Shown one piece after another: positions 16,404-29,511 of a stretch of DNA of 64,000 bases (position 1 is its first letter; every line of letters starts with the position of its first letter). The notes under the pieces are model-generated. The model was given only the letters and a program-made list of their open reading frames with translations. It was not told the DNA's origin and ran no database searches. The DNA comes from Planctomycetota bacterium (GTDB lineage Bacteria; Planctomycetota; JAJSAM01; JAJVHW01): NCBI GenBank assembly GCA_965248445.1, contig CBDFJG010000004.1, positions 1,376,001 through 1,440,000 of the forward strand, read 5' to 3'. Position numbers and translations under genes: made by a program.

Positions 16404-19019
16404 CTAGGTCGCGAAGCGGCGGGCGAGGGACTCGAGGACGAGCAGCCCGGCGGCGAGTGCGAGCAACGGCAGCGCGCGCGGGAGCCCTCGCTCCTCAGGC
16501 GGCGCGGCGGGGGCGGGGGGCAGGGAGGAGACGAAGGTCACGCCTGCGTCGGCCGCAGCGGACCCCAGGGCATCCTGGTTCTCGCCGCGCACCGCCGGTA
16601 CGACGCAGGCCACGCGGAAGATCCCGGTGTTCGTCTCGAGTGTCCCGGCGTGCACTCCCGGCGCCAGGGGGGTCGGGAGTGTCGCCATGGCGTTGCCTTG
16701 CTCGTCCGTCACTTCGACGGCGAGCACGTCGGCCGACGCGGCGTTCCCGACCGGCGCGAGGCGCAGCACGCCCGCCGCCGCCCCAGGCACGAGCAGATGA
16801 GTGCGCCCCCTGGCGTCGATCGTCGCCGACGCCATCCGCGTGCGCGTGAACGGTTCGCGCGGTGGCGCGACGGACCGGACGAGCTGGGCGAGGAACGCGC
16901 CGCCGTGCACCCACGCGAACAACTCCGTCGCGTCAGGAGACGACATGTCCGCGGGAATGACCGCCACGCGTCCCAGTCCCGCTCTGCCGGTGACCAGCGC
17001 CGGCGTCGGATCGTCGGTGAACACCAGCGGCGTGCGGCTGTCATTCCGCGGAAGGACGGTTTCGACGTGTGTCAACTCGGGCCAGCGCTTGGCGGGGAGT
17101 GCGGCAAGTGCCGGGGATGCGGCGACGATTTGCGGTGACGCGGTGCGGCCGGTCTCCTCCGGTTCCGCCACGCGTTCGGGCGGCGGCGGTACGGGCTTCG
17201 GAAAGGCGGGCGGGAGCGTCGGCGGCGGCGGGGGAAGCCCGGCGATCTTCTCGTCGATCAGTGCCGTCGCCTTCACCGCCCGAGGTCCCGTTGCGAACTT
17301 GCTGGTGTCCTCGGTGACGACTTCGGGGATGCGCGCAGGATCGACGGCGTAGTGGATCCCGCCGTGCCCCCAGTTCTTCAGCCGGGTGAGCAGCTTGTCG
17401 TCCGCGCTGTCGCCGATCGAGACGCACGAGAGCGTCATGCCTTTGGCTGCGGCCTCGGTGACGAGCGGCATCCAGACGGCGCCGCGCGTGTAGCCGTCCG
17501 TCAGAACGATCACGTGCTTGACGCCGGCGCGCTCGCGCTCGAGATACCGGTAACCGGACTCGAGCGCGCGGTAGAAGTCCGTGCCGCCCTGCGCCTGAAT
17601 TCGCGCGAGGCGGCGCACGACGGAGCGGCGGTTGCCGGCGGCCTGGAAGGGCACGGCCCAGTTGAACGAGTCGTCGAACACGATGACACCGACCCGGTCC
17701 TCCGGTGCGAGGCTGCGGGTCGCGGCCATGGCGGCCTGCTTGGCCATGCCCAGTTTCGGTCCTGCCATGCTCACCGATCGATCGACCACGAGCAGCAGCG
17801 CGATCCGCCGCGCGTCCTTCTCGCCGTCGTCGAGCGTGACCCGGGGTGCTTCCGGGTCGGGGGGCGGCGGATCCGGGTCCGGCGCGGGTTCCGGCTCCGG
17901 TGGTTGGACGGGGGGCGGTGGCGACGGAGCGCGCGGGGGCAAGGACACCGGCAGAGCCGCCAGGAGCGTGCCGTCTCGCAGCCGCTCGAGACCCAGCGGC
18001 CCGCGGCCGCCCGCTACGACGAGACCGGCGCCGTCCCGGACGCGTTCTTCCACTGCCCGCTCGAATGCGTCGCCGGCCGCACCCGGGCCGGCCACGAGAA
18101 CGTCGTGTGCGGCGAGCATCGACGGGGTGACTTCCTGCGGAGCGGCGTGCACGACGTCGAGTCCCTGCGTCAGGAGTTGCAGCACCAGCGGCGAGGAGTC
18201 CCGTGCGACCGTGTCCGTCACCAGGACGCGCGGCGCGGACACGATCTCGACGAAGCGCGCGGCCGGTGCGCGCCCAGGAACTTCGGCCACCACGAGTTGC
18301 ATCCCGGCGTCGCACAGGACCGGAGGCACGGCGATGCGCCGCGTGTCCGCTGTCACCGCGACCAGGACGCGTTCGGCGCCCACGGTCACGCGCACGGTTC
18401 CCGGGGTGAACGGTGAGGCGCCAGCGTCGAGCACGAGTTCGAGCGGCTGACCGGCCTCGTGGACCAGGGGGGCGAGGATGGCTGGCGCGCCGGGTGGGGG
18501 CCGCGCTTGCGCGCCGCGCGGGAGCGGCGGGTCGCCGACGCCGACGCGCTCCAGTCGGTCGCCGGGACGGAGCGCATCCGACACGTGACGGCGTTCGACG
18601 TGGTCGGCGAGCGGTCCTGCACCGTTGGTCGAGAGACCCAGCACCGCCGGTGTCCCTGGAGCACGGCTAGCGCGGAGGATCTCCACCGCGGTGGCGGCAT
18701 CCGCCGCGTCTCCGGGCCACATCACGTCGCGAACGGTCGGATTCACGGGGTCGCCGGCCACCGCAGTGTGCGCCGGGCGCGCGAGCAACGCATCGCCGTG
18801 GCGCTCCTGACTCTCCGCGACGAACGGGCCGGCGGCGGCGAGCAGCAGCAACGCAACGGCGCCGCCGCGCAACACTGCTGCCAAGAACGACGTCGCGGGG
18901 CGGCCGCCGGCCCGGCGCATACGCCGCGCAGCCACGAACGCCACGACCAGTCCCACCGCGACGGACGCTGCCACGAGTTGCAGCGTCGTGAGAGGCAGTT
19001 CCCACTCGAGCCGCTGCAT
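16404..19019 (-). CDS. Membrane-anchored VWA-domain protein
   Basis: N-terminal TMs, MIDAS DRSVSM...GGT...LTDG, Pro-rich linkers, C-terminal TM LLVLESLARR. Confidence 0.8.
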   Translation of the reverse strand: MQRLEWELPLTTLQLVAASVAVGLVVAFVAARRMRRAGGRPATSFLAAVLRGGAVALLLLAAAGPFVAESQERHGDALLARPAHTAVAGDPVNPTVRDVMWPGDAADAATAVEILRASRAPGTPAVLGLSTNGAGPLADHVERRHVSDALRPGDRLERVGVGDPPLPRGAQARPPPGAPAILAPLVHEAGQPLELVLDAGASPFTPGTVRVTVGAERVLVAVTADTRRIAVPPVLCDAGMQLVVAEVPGRAPAARFVEIVSAPRVLVTDTVARDSSPLVLQLLTQGLDVVHAAPQEVTPSMLAAHDVLVAGPGAAGDAFERAVEERVRDGAGLVVAGGRGPLGLERLRDGTLLAALPVSLPPRAPSPPPPVQPPEPEPAPDPDPPPPDPEAPRVTLDDGEKDARRIALLLVVDRSVSMAGPKLGMAKQAAMAATRSLAPEDRVGVIVFDDSFNWAVPFQAAGNRRSVVRRLARIQAQGGTDFYRALESGYRYLERERAGVKHVIVLTDGYTRGAVWMPLVTEAAAKGMTLSCVSIGDSADDKLLTRLKNWGHGGIHYAVDPARIPEVVTEDTSKFATGPRAVKATALIDEKIAGLPPPPPTLPPAFPKPVPPPPERVAEPEETGRTASPQIVAASPALAALPAKRWPELTHVETVLPRNDSRTPLVFTDDPTPALVTGRAGLGRVAVIPADMSSPDATELFAWVHGGAFLAQLVRSVAPPREPFTRTRMASATIDARGRTHLLVPGAAAGVLRLAPVGNAASADVLAVEVTDEQGNAMATLPTPLAPGVHAGTLETNTGIFRVACVVPAVRGENQDALGSAAADAGVTFVSSLPPAPAAPPEERGLPRALPLLALAAGLLVLESLARRFAT

Positions 19020-19050
19020 CAGCCCTCCGTCACGGGGTCACTGGGACCGG

Positions 19051-20343
19051 CTAACGCTTGCGGACCAGCAACGCTCCCAGCCAATCGGCGTGGTCCTGGA
19101 TCGGGTACGGGTCCTCGGCGTCACCGGCGGACACCCGCAGCGAGAGCGTCTTCGCGTCGGCGACGGAGATGCGGCCCGCGTCCACGGGCCCCGTCTTGCC
19201 GTGGTCGCCGCGCGCCAGCGTCGACCTCACGAACCCGCTGGACCACTTCACCTTGCCGTCCACGAGCACTTCGAACACCGCCCCGCCGAGCGCGCCCGCG
19301 CCGTCGTCGATGCCGATCGCCGTACGCAGTTCCGCGTACTCGCCCGCGAGTTGCCAGGTCAGCGTCGTTCCCGAGTACACGCCGATGCCCTTCAGCCAGG
19401 TGCGTCCTCCGACCGTGAGCGGGGCGTCCGAGAACGCGCGGTCCCAGCGCGGCGCGTAGAGCTTGTTCGGGTCCCCTGCCACGGGCGCCCAGAACGGCCG
19501 CACGTCGATCTCCGGCGCGGGCAGATCCGAGAGATACGCGAACCGACTCCCGCGCACGAGGATCGCGACGACATCCGCCATCCGCGCGCGTGCCTTGTAA
19601 CCGGCGGAACCGTTGAGTGAGAGCACGCGCGAATCATCGAGCGACGGGATCGGCCCGACGACGCGCGACCCGTCGCGTAGCGCAACCGTGAACAGCCGGC
19701 CCTGCGCGACGGTCGCATCGAGCTTCGCGAGACGTACGGCGACGACGCGCGCGATCGGCAGCCGCAGTGAGTCGGACGCGTCGGTCGCGCACACGATGGC
19801 GCCCGCGTCGAGCGACACGATGGTGCAGTCCACCCGGTCGCCGCCGACCAGGAAGACGCGGTCCGATACCTCGCCCTCCGCGACGGAGAGCGGCGGACGT
19901 TCCGATCCGCCCTCGGTGCGAGCGAGTACGTCGACGCCGGCGATGGCATCGAGCGGCACATCGATGTCACCGAGCAGTGGCGACCGCAGCGCCACGCTCT
20001 CGTCGTCGCCGCGGGTGATGACTCCGGTCAACCGGTCGCCATGCCAAAGGTCCAGTGCGACCTCGCCCGGCTGCCGGTCACGCGCCCCGTCGGGGGCGCG
20101 TCCGAAGTCGACCGAGATCACGTCGTCGAGCGGGACCGACGTCTTGCCCTCGGTCTGCGAGAGTTCGAGTGCGGTCGCCGAGAGACCGGTCACCGCGAGT
20201 CCGTGCGTAAGGCTGCCCTCGACGCGGGTGACCTGGATGCCCGTCGCGGCTCCGTCGTCCCCCTGGGCGGGGGAGGTCGTGGCCAGGGCGGCGGCCAGTG
20301 CCATCACGGTCGCGCCGGCGAGCCGGCGAAGGGTCTGTTCCAT
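19051..20343 (-). CDS. Secreted NPCBM/NEW2-domain protein
   Basis: Signal peptide; repeated L.xGDxxxG units; C-terminal KGIGVYS..IGIDD..VFEVLVDG..DHADW. Confidence 0.8.
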   Translation of the reverse strand: MEQTLRRLAGATVMALAAALATTSPAQGDDGAATGIQVTRVEGSLTHGLAVTGLSATALELSQTEGKTSVPLDDVISVDFGRAPDGARDRQPGEVALDLWHGDRLTGVITRGDDESVALRSPLLGDIDVPLDAIAGVDVLARTEGGSERPPLSVAEGEVSDRVFLVGGDRVDCTIVSLDAGAIVCATDASDSLRLPIARVVAVRLAKLDATVAQGRLFTVALRDGSRVVGPIPSLDDSRVLSLNGSAGYKARARMADVVAILVRGSRFAYLSDLPAPEIDVRPFWAPVAGDPNKLYAPRWDRAFSDAPLTVGGRTWLKGIGVYSGTTLTWQLAGEYAELRTAIGIDDGAGALGGAVFEVLVDGKVKWSSGFVRSTLARGDHGKTGPVDAGRISVADAKTLSLRVSAGDAEDPYPIQDHADWLGALLVRKR

Positions 20344-20597
20344 CACGGAAAGAGTAGCCGCACCGGCGCACGGCGGCGGAGCCCTCCCGAGGCCGGATCC
20401 GTGCCGTGACAGCTTGACAGAGACGAGCGGGGGCCAGGCTCGGCGCTGCCAGCGTGTCATCGCGCCGAGGCTCACCCGGGCTGCAGCAGGCTCCGGGCCC
20501 CGCGGCACGCAGGCTGCGACTGCGCGGTGGGCGGAGAGTCTGCGCCCTGCGCACGAGTGCGTACGGACGCGACCCCGAGTTGGAAGGAGTCCAGCAG

Positions 20598-22205
<1,608 letters not shown>

Positions 22206-22265
22206 CCGGCGTCAGCGAACCGGAATCCCCCGACATCAACTCTCAGCGATACCAGGAGTCCTCCC

Positions 22266-22553
22266 GTGAAGCTCAAGCCCCTCAATGATCGTGTGATCGT
22301 CACTCCGCTCGAGGCGGAGGAGAAGACCGCCGGCGGTGTCATCCTCCCCGGCAGCGCGCAGGAGAAGCCCAACAAGGGCAAGGTCGTGGCCGTCGGGCCC
22401 GGCGCCATGATGGACGACGGCGAGCGTTACGCGCCCAGCGTCAAGAAGGGCAGCGTCGTCTACTACGGCAAGTACTCCGGCACCGAGGTCAAGGTCGGCG
22501 GCAAGGAGTTCAAGATCCTCCAGGAGAGGGACATCCTCGCCGTCGAGAACTGA
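22266..22553 (+). CDS. groES: Co-chaperonin GroES
   Basis: LKPLNDRV, KTAGGVILP, KYSGTEVK. Confidence 0.98.
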   Translation: MKLKPLNDRVIVTPLEAEEKTAGGVILPGSAQEKPNKGKVVAVGPGAMMDDGERYAPSVKKGSVVYYGKYSGTEVKVGGKEFKILQERDILAVEN

Positions 22554-22631
22554 CTCGACTTTCCCGCCCGGTCCACCACAAGCACCACAAGCCCTACTCA
22601 GCTCAGCACCGCACGCAACAGGAGCGACATC

Positions 22632-24251
<1,620 letters not shown>

Positions 24252-24277
24252 CTCCTGGCTCGCGGGCGGGAGAACAC

Positions 24278-25426
24278 GTGGCGGACAAGCGCGACTACTA
24301 CGAGGTGCTCGGCGTAGCCCGCGAGGCGTCCGCGGACGAGATCAAGAAGGCGTACCGCAAGCTCGCCCTCAAGTACCACCCGGACCGCAACCCCGGTGAC
24401 CGGTCCGCGGAGGCGAGCTTCAAGGAGGCCGCCGAGGCGTACGAAGTCCTCTCCGACGACCAGAAGCGCGCGGGCTACGACCGCTTCGGCCACAGCGCGC
24501 CGCAGGCGCAGGGCTTCCCCGGCGGCTTCTCCGGCGTCAGTAACCCGTTCGACATCTTCGAGCAGGTGTTCGGCGGCCGCGGTGGATCCGTGCTCGACGA
24601 ACTCTTCGGCGGCGGCGGTGGGGGACGCGCCCGCAGCGGTGGTGCCGCGCGCGGAAGCCACCTGCGGGTCGATGTCACGCTCGAGTTCGCCGAGATGGCA
24701 CAAGGCGCCCGCAAGACGATCACCCTCCGGCGTCAGGAGCAGTGCGGCACCTGCACGGGCAGCGGTGCCGCGCCGGGATCCAAACGCACGCGGTGCGACA
24801 CGTGCGGCGGCGCCGGGCAGGTCCGCCAGGTCGCGTTCGGCTTCATGCACGTGCAGCAGACCTGCCCGCACTGCTCGGGTCAGGGCTCGATGCTCGACAC
24901 GCCATGCACGAACTGCAGCGGCACGGGCCGCGAGTTGCGCAAGCGCGACATCGAGGTCACGTTCCCGGCCGGCATCGAGGACGGCACCCAGATGCGGCTG
25001 CGCGGTCAGGGCGAAGCGGGCGTCCGCGGCGGTCCGGCGGGCGACCTGTTCGTCGTGGTCCGGGTGAAGCGGCACAAGCTGTTCCGCCGGCACGACGACG
25101 ATCTCCTCGTGACCGTGCCCGTGTCGTTCGCCGACGCCGCGCTCGGCGCGACGGTCGAGGTGCCGACGCTCGACGCCAAGGAGAGCGTCAAGCTGAAGGC
25201 CGGCAGCGAGAACGGGACCCGCGTGCGCGTGCGCGGCAAGGGACTGCCGAACGTCCACTCCGGCCGCCGCGGCGACCTGATCGCCACGGTCGAGGTGGAG
25301 GTGCCCAAGAAGCTCACGTCCCGTCAGCGGGAACTGCTCGAGGAGTTCCGCAAGACCGAGGAGGAGAACCCCGGTCCGCGCCGCAAGAGCTTCCTCGACC
25401 ACCTCTCGGACCTGTTTGCGCTATGA
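24278..25426 (+). CDS. dnaJ: Chaperone DnaJ
   Basis: [12 protein letters not shown] motif, four CxxCxGxG repeats; GTG start. Confidence 0.97.
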   Translation: MADKRDYYEVLGVAREASADEIKKAYRKLALKYHPDRNPGDRSAEASFKEAAEAYEVLSDDQKRAGYDRFGHSAPQAQGFPGGFSGVSNPFDIFEQVFGGRGGSVLDELFGGGGGGRARSGGAARGSHLRVDVTLEFAEMAQGARKTITLRRQEQCGTCTGSGAAPGSKRTRCDTCGGAGQVRQVAFGFMHVQQTCPHCSGQGSMLDTPCTNCSGTGRELRKRDIEVTFPAGIEDGTQMRLRGQGEAGVRGGPAGDLFVVVRVKRHKLFRRHDDDLLVTVPVSFADAALGATVEVPTLDAKESVKLKAGSENGTRVRVRGKGLPNVHSGRRGDLIATVEVEVPKKLTSRQRELLEEFRKTEEENPGPRRKSFLDHLSDLFAL

Positions 25427-26094
25427 CCGACGAAAACGACGTGAAGGACGACCCGCTCATGGACGAGACGGCAGAGATCGCAGAAGAGCGGGCGGCGCCG
25501 ACGGAGGCCGACCTCGCCGCCGGCGAGGACCTCGTCGACACCGTGGAGATGGACGCGTCCACGGTCGCGGAACGCGTTGCGGACGCGCTCGCCGGCGCAG
25601 CGGCGGATGCGGAGTCTGACAACAGCGACGACGACATCGAGCGTCTCTACACGCGAGCCGACGTCGACAAGATCGAGGCCGCCGCCAAGGACCGCCATCT
25701 CCGGCTGTTCGCGGAGTTCGAGAACTTCCGCCGCCGGACCGCGCGCGAGAAGGAGAAGTGGTCCGACGCGGCCATCGAGGACTTCGTACGGGATCTCCTC
25801 CCCGTGTTCGACAGCTTCGACAAGGCCCGGGCGACCCCGAGCGGTGACGCGGGCGCGATGCTCGAGGGGCTGGAACTGACGTACAAGCAGTTGCACGCTG
25901 CTCTCGCCAAGAACGACATCGAGGTCATCGACCCGCTCGGCGAGGCGTTCGACCCTCGCTGGCACGAAGCGCTGATGCGCCGCCCCTCCGAGGACGCCGA
26001 GGCGGGCACCGTCCTCGAGGTGTTCGAGCGCGGCTATCGCATCGGGAAACTCCTGATCCGCCCGGCGCGTACGGTCGTCGCGTCCGAGGAGTAG
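25423..26094 (+). CDS. grpE: Nucleotide exchange factor GrpE
   Basis: [36 protein letters not shown]. Confidence 0.95.
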   Translation: MTDENDVKDDPLMDETAEIAEERAAPTEADLAAGEDLVDTVEMDASTVAERVADALAGAAADAESDNSDDDIERLYTRADVDKIEAAAKDRHLRLFAEFENFRRRTAREKEKWSDAAIEDFVRDLLPVFDSFDKARATPSGDAGAMLEGLELTYKQLHAALAKNDIEVIDPLGEAFDPRWHEALMRRPSEDAEAGTVLEVFERGYRIGKLLIRPARTVVASEE

Positions 26095-26097
26095 ATC

Positions 26098-26442
26098 GTG
26101 CCTACCTACGACTATGTCTGCCAGGCGTGCGAGCACGCGTTCGAGCACTGGCAGACGATGACGTCTCCGACCAAGCGCACGTGTCCCAAGTGCAAGAAGC
26201 GCAAGCTGCGCCGTCTGATCGGTTCGGGCGCCGGCGTGATCTTCAAGGGCTCCGGCTTCTACGAGACGGACTACAAGCGCAAGTCCCGCGGAAGCGGGAA
26301 ACCGGACAAGGAGTCGTCCGACTCCGGTTCCGATGCGCCGTCTGAGTCGAAGGACGTCGGCGACACCGCGAAGAAGCCCGCCGAGAAGTCGAGCGGTGAA
26401 GACACGGCCAAACCGCCGAAGAAGAAGAAGGACGGCGACTGA
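26098..26442 (+). CDS. FmdB-family zinc-ribbon protein
   Basis: MPTYDYVCQAC...CPKC...FKGSGFYETDY. Confidence 0.92.
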   Translation: MPTYDYVCQACEHAFEHWQTMTSPTKRTCPKCKKRKLRRLIGSGAGVIFKGSGFYETDYKRKSRGSGKPDKESSDSGSDAPSESKDVGDTAKKPAEKSSGEDTAKPPKKKKDGD

Positions 26443-26443
26443 C

Positions 26444-26632
26444 GTGGCCATCCAGTCGATCACCTGCCGGCGCTGCGACGAGACGACCGTCTACGACGAA
26501 GACGCGGATCTGCCCGCGGGCTTCCCGTTCTGCTCCGAGCGCTGCCGCCTCCTCGACCTCGGCAAGTGGTTCGACGAGGAGTACAAGAGCACGCGCGCAG
26601 TCCAGGAAGCGGACCTCGATCGGCTCGACTAG
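26444..26632 (+). CDS. yacG: DNA gyrase inhibitor YacG
   Basis: CRRC...FPFCSERCRLLDLGKW. Confidence 0.9.
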   Translation: MAIQSITCRRCDETTVYDEDADLPAGFPFCSERCRLLDLGKWFDEEYKSTRAVQEADLDRLD

Positions 26633-26634
26633 CT

Positions 26635-27390
26635 CTAGAAGTCGAAGCGCACGGGCTGGCGTAGCGTGAAGGGCACCGTCAGCGATGCACGCGTGGCGGG
26701 GCGATAGCGCCAGTCGCGCGCGGCCGCGAGGGCCGCGTCATCGAGCACGGCGTGCCCGCTGCTCGCTGCCACGTTCACGCCGGAGACGGTGCCGTTCGAG
26801 CGAACGTCGATCTCGAGAAGCACGACGCCACGCAGCCCGCGGCGCCGCGCGCGACGCGGATAGCGGGGCTTCGCGTTCCACGCGAGCGGGAGCGGCTTCC
26901 GCGTGCGAACAGTCGCCGGCTCTATGGGCGCCGTAGGCGGGGCAGCTCGCGCGGCCGTCGCCGGAACGCTCCAGGCCGGCTCAGGCGGCGCCGGCGCAGC
27001 CCGAACGCTGGCCACCGGCGCGCGCGCCACGGTCCGTTCTTGGCGGGGGAAAGGGGGCCGGTCGCTCGCCAGGGCGTTTGCCGGGGTGTCCTCGGGTCCG
27101 AAGTGCGCGTCGTCGTCGAACGCCGACAGACCGGACAGATCGCCCAGCGGGTCAGTGCGTGCTGGGCGGACCACACAGCCGTCCACTGCCGGCGGCTCGG
27201 GGAGTTCTCCCAGTGCGTCCGCGCGCTCCGTGTCCGATGACAACCGCACTGCTGCGGGAGCGATGGGATCGCCGGCGGTCCACGCGGCGGCTACCAGACC
27301 GAGCACGACCGCGTGAAGCGCGCCGCTCACCGCCAGCGGGCGGAATCGGCCCGCACGTGGGTGGGCCGTCGTCGTCTCGCGGGTCGTCAT
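26635..27390 (-). CDS. tonB: Energy transducer TonB
   Basis: N-terminal TM SGALH, Pro-rich linker, PRYPRRARRRG.RG.V, SSGH..LD..A...WRYRPA. Confidence 0.88.
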   Translation of the reverse strand: MTTRETTTAHPRAGRFRPLAVSGALHAVVLGLVAAAWTAGDPIAPAAVRLSSDTERADALGELPEPPAVDGCVVRPARTDPLGDLSGLSAFDDDAHFGPEDTPANALASDRPPFPRQERTVARAPVASVRAAPAPPEPAWSVPATAARAAPPTAPIEPATVRTRKPLPLAWNAKPRYPRRARRRGLRGVVLLEIDVRSNGTVSGVNVAASSGHAVLDDAALAAARDWRYRPATRASLTVPFTLRQPVRFDF

Positions 27391-27451
27391 CGCGGGGGCA
27401 CGCTCGCAGTCGGGAGCGACATCGCCCAGGCGTTTCGGCGGCCGGCGGGCG

Positions 27452-29428
27452 CTACGTGAGATACGGGGACCCGTTCAGGATCTTGCGGAACGTCCCGAGC
27501 GCCTTGCGCCGGCTCTCTTCCGACGCGCCGTTCTCCTCCGCCCACGCGAGTCCTTCCATGAACCGGTCACGCATTTCGCGGCGGCGGTGTCCGAACAGCT
27601 CGAGCACCTGGGCGCAGTTCTGGAGTCCGCTCCGCCCGAGGGCGATGTCGGCCTCACCGGCGCCCGTGACCACGACGGAGGCCTCGTCCGTCTCGCCGAG
27701 CAGGTTGTGGTGGTTTCCCATCACGTCCTGATAGGCGCCGAGCAGGAACGCACCGAGGTGGTATGGCTTGCCGTTCAGCTCGTGCAGCCGGATGGCCTCC
27801 TGGTCCTCGCGCACGTCGCCGAACTTGTCGATCTTGCCGTCGCTGTCGCACGTGATGTCGGCAATGGTGGCCCACTCGGTGGGGCGCTCGTCGAGACGGT
27901 GGATGGGGCAGATGGGGAAGAGCTGCCCGATGGCCCAGTGGTCCGGCATCGACTGGAAGATGCTGAGGTTGCATACGTACTTCGTGGACGTGTCCTGCTC
28001 GAGTTCCTCGATCTCCTCCGGGATGCGCCGTCCGGACAGCCTCGCGTAGTAGACGACGTCTTTCAGGATCTGCGCCGCAGCGGTCTCGCCGACAGCGCGT
28101 TCCTCGAGCGAGATGTGCCCGTGCTTGAACAGCACATGCAACTGCTCCACGAGCGCCAGCGTGTCGTGGTAGCACTCGATGAAGTTCTTGCGCCCGATCT
28201 CGGCGCCGATCTCCGACAGCTCGTGCACGCAGCGATCGGCTTCGTCGGTCAGCGGAGGGGGCGACACCGGCAGGCTCTTCGTCTGCGTCTCTTCGACGGA
28301 GAAGATCGTCATCGCGTGGTACGCGGAGACGGCGCGTCCGCTCTCGCTGATGATGTCCGGCTCGGGTACGCCGGACTCCTGGCACACCTCGTGGACCGAG
28401 TACACGACGTCGTTGGCGTACTCCTGGAGCGTGTAGTTCACGCTGCTGTCGGAGGCGGTTGCGCTGCCGTCGTAGTCGACACCGAGTCCGCCACCCACAT
28501 CCAGGTAGCGGAGTTCCTCGAAGCCCCTCGCGCGCAGGGCGGCGTAGAAGCGCACACCCTCGAGAACGCCCTGCTTGATGCGGCGGATCTCGGTGATCTG
28601 ACTGCCGATGTGGAAGTGGACCAGCCGAAGCTGGTCCTCCCAGCCCTCGGCGCGGAGCTTCTCGATCGCGGCGAGGATCTCGGTCGTCGAGAGTCCGAAC
28701 TTCGATGCGTCGCCGCCGGAGCGTGCCCACTTGCCCGTGCCCCGCGCGGCGATGCGAACGCGCACACCGAGCCACGGCTTGATCCCGAGCCGTTTGGCGA
28801 CGCGCAGGACCAGCTGCAATTCGTGCAGCTTCTCGATCACGATGACGACCTCGTACCCGAGCGTCATGCCGGCCAGGGCGAGTTCGACGTAGGCGGTGTC
28901 CTTGTAACCGTTGCAGATCACGAGGGAGCCGCGCGGCAGCCCCGACGAGAACGCCATGAGCAGCTCCGGCTTCGTGCCGGCCTCCAGGCTGTACCCGTGC
29001 TCGCGGCCGGCGTCGATCAGGCCCCGGATGAACGGCTCCATCTGGTTGACCTTCACGGGGAACACGCCGCGGTAGCGGCCGCTGTACGAGTACTCCGCGA
29101 TCGACTTGCTGAAGGCGTCGTGCAGTTCGGCCACGCGCGTCGCGATGATCTGCGGGAAGCGCAGCACGACGGGCGTGCGGATGCGCCGCTTCCGCAGCCG
29201 ATCCACGACATCGACGATGTTGAACCAGAGGTCCGGCGTGCGCGTCGGGTGGACGCGCAGGTTGCCGTCGTCGCCGACGTCGAAGTACCCCGCGCCCCAG
29301 CGGTGGATTCCGTACAGCTCCTCCGCCTCGCTCGGCTTCATCGGCGGCGTGGTGCGGCGGCGCTTGGTCGGCTTGGCGGGCTTGTCAGCCTTGTCGGCCT
29401 TGGCCGCGCGCCCGGTCTCTGAGGTCAC
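27452..29428 (-). CDS. speA: Biosynthetic arginine decarboxylase
   Basis: YGIHRWGAGYF, FPVKVNQ (PLP Lys), HFHIGSQI, DVGGGLGVDYDG, TCDSDG; start uncertain. Confidence 0.96.
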   Translation of the reverse strand: MTSETGRAAKADKADKPAKPTKRRRTTPPMKPSEAEELYGIHRWGAGYFDVGDDGNLRVHPTRTPDLWFNIVDVVDRLRKRRIRTPVVLRFPQIIATRVAELHDAFSKSIAEYSYSGRYRGVFPVKVNQMEPFIRGLIDAGREHGYSLEAGTKPELLMAFSSGLPRGSLVICNGYKDTAYVELALAGMTLGYEVVIVIEKLHELQLVLRVAKRLGIKPWLGVRVRIAARGTGKWARSGGDASKFGLSTTEILAAIEKLRAEGWEDQLRLVHFHIGSQITEIRRIKQGVLEGVRFYAALRARGFEELRYLDVGGGLGVDYDGSATASDSSVNYTLQEYANDVVYSVHEVCQESGVPEPDIISESGRAVSAYHAMTIFSVEETQTKSLPVSPPPLTDEADRCVHELSEIGAEIGRKNFIECYHDTLALVEQLHVLFKHGHISLEERAVGETAAAQILKDVVYYARLSGRRIPEEIEELEQDTSTKYVCNLSIFQSMPDHWAIGQLFPICPIHRLDERPTEWATIADITCDSDGKIDKFGDVREDQEAIRLHELNGKPYHLGAFLLGAYQDVMGNHHNLLGETDEASVVVTGAGEADIALGRSGLQNCAQVLELFGHRRREMRDRFMEGLAWAEENGASEESRRKALGTFRKILNGSPYLT

Positions 29429-29511
29429 GGACTTCCCTCCGGAAGGCCGCGAGAGTACGGGCCGCATGACGCGGCGCACGCGAATCCCAGGTCAACGCGC
29501 AGTCCGCGGCG

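Noticed and set aside
20344..20597. CIRCE or RNA thermometer upstream of groEL
   Set aside because: No TTAGCACTC-N9-GAGTGCTAA match; only a generic GC hairpin.
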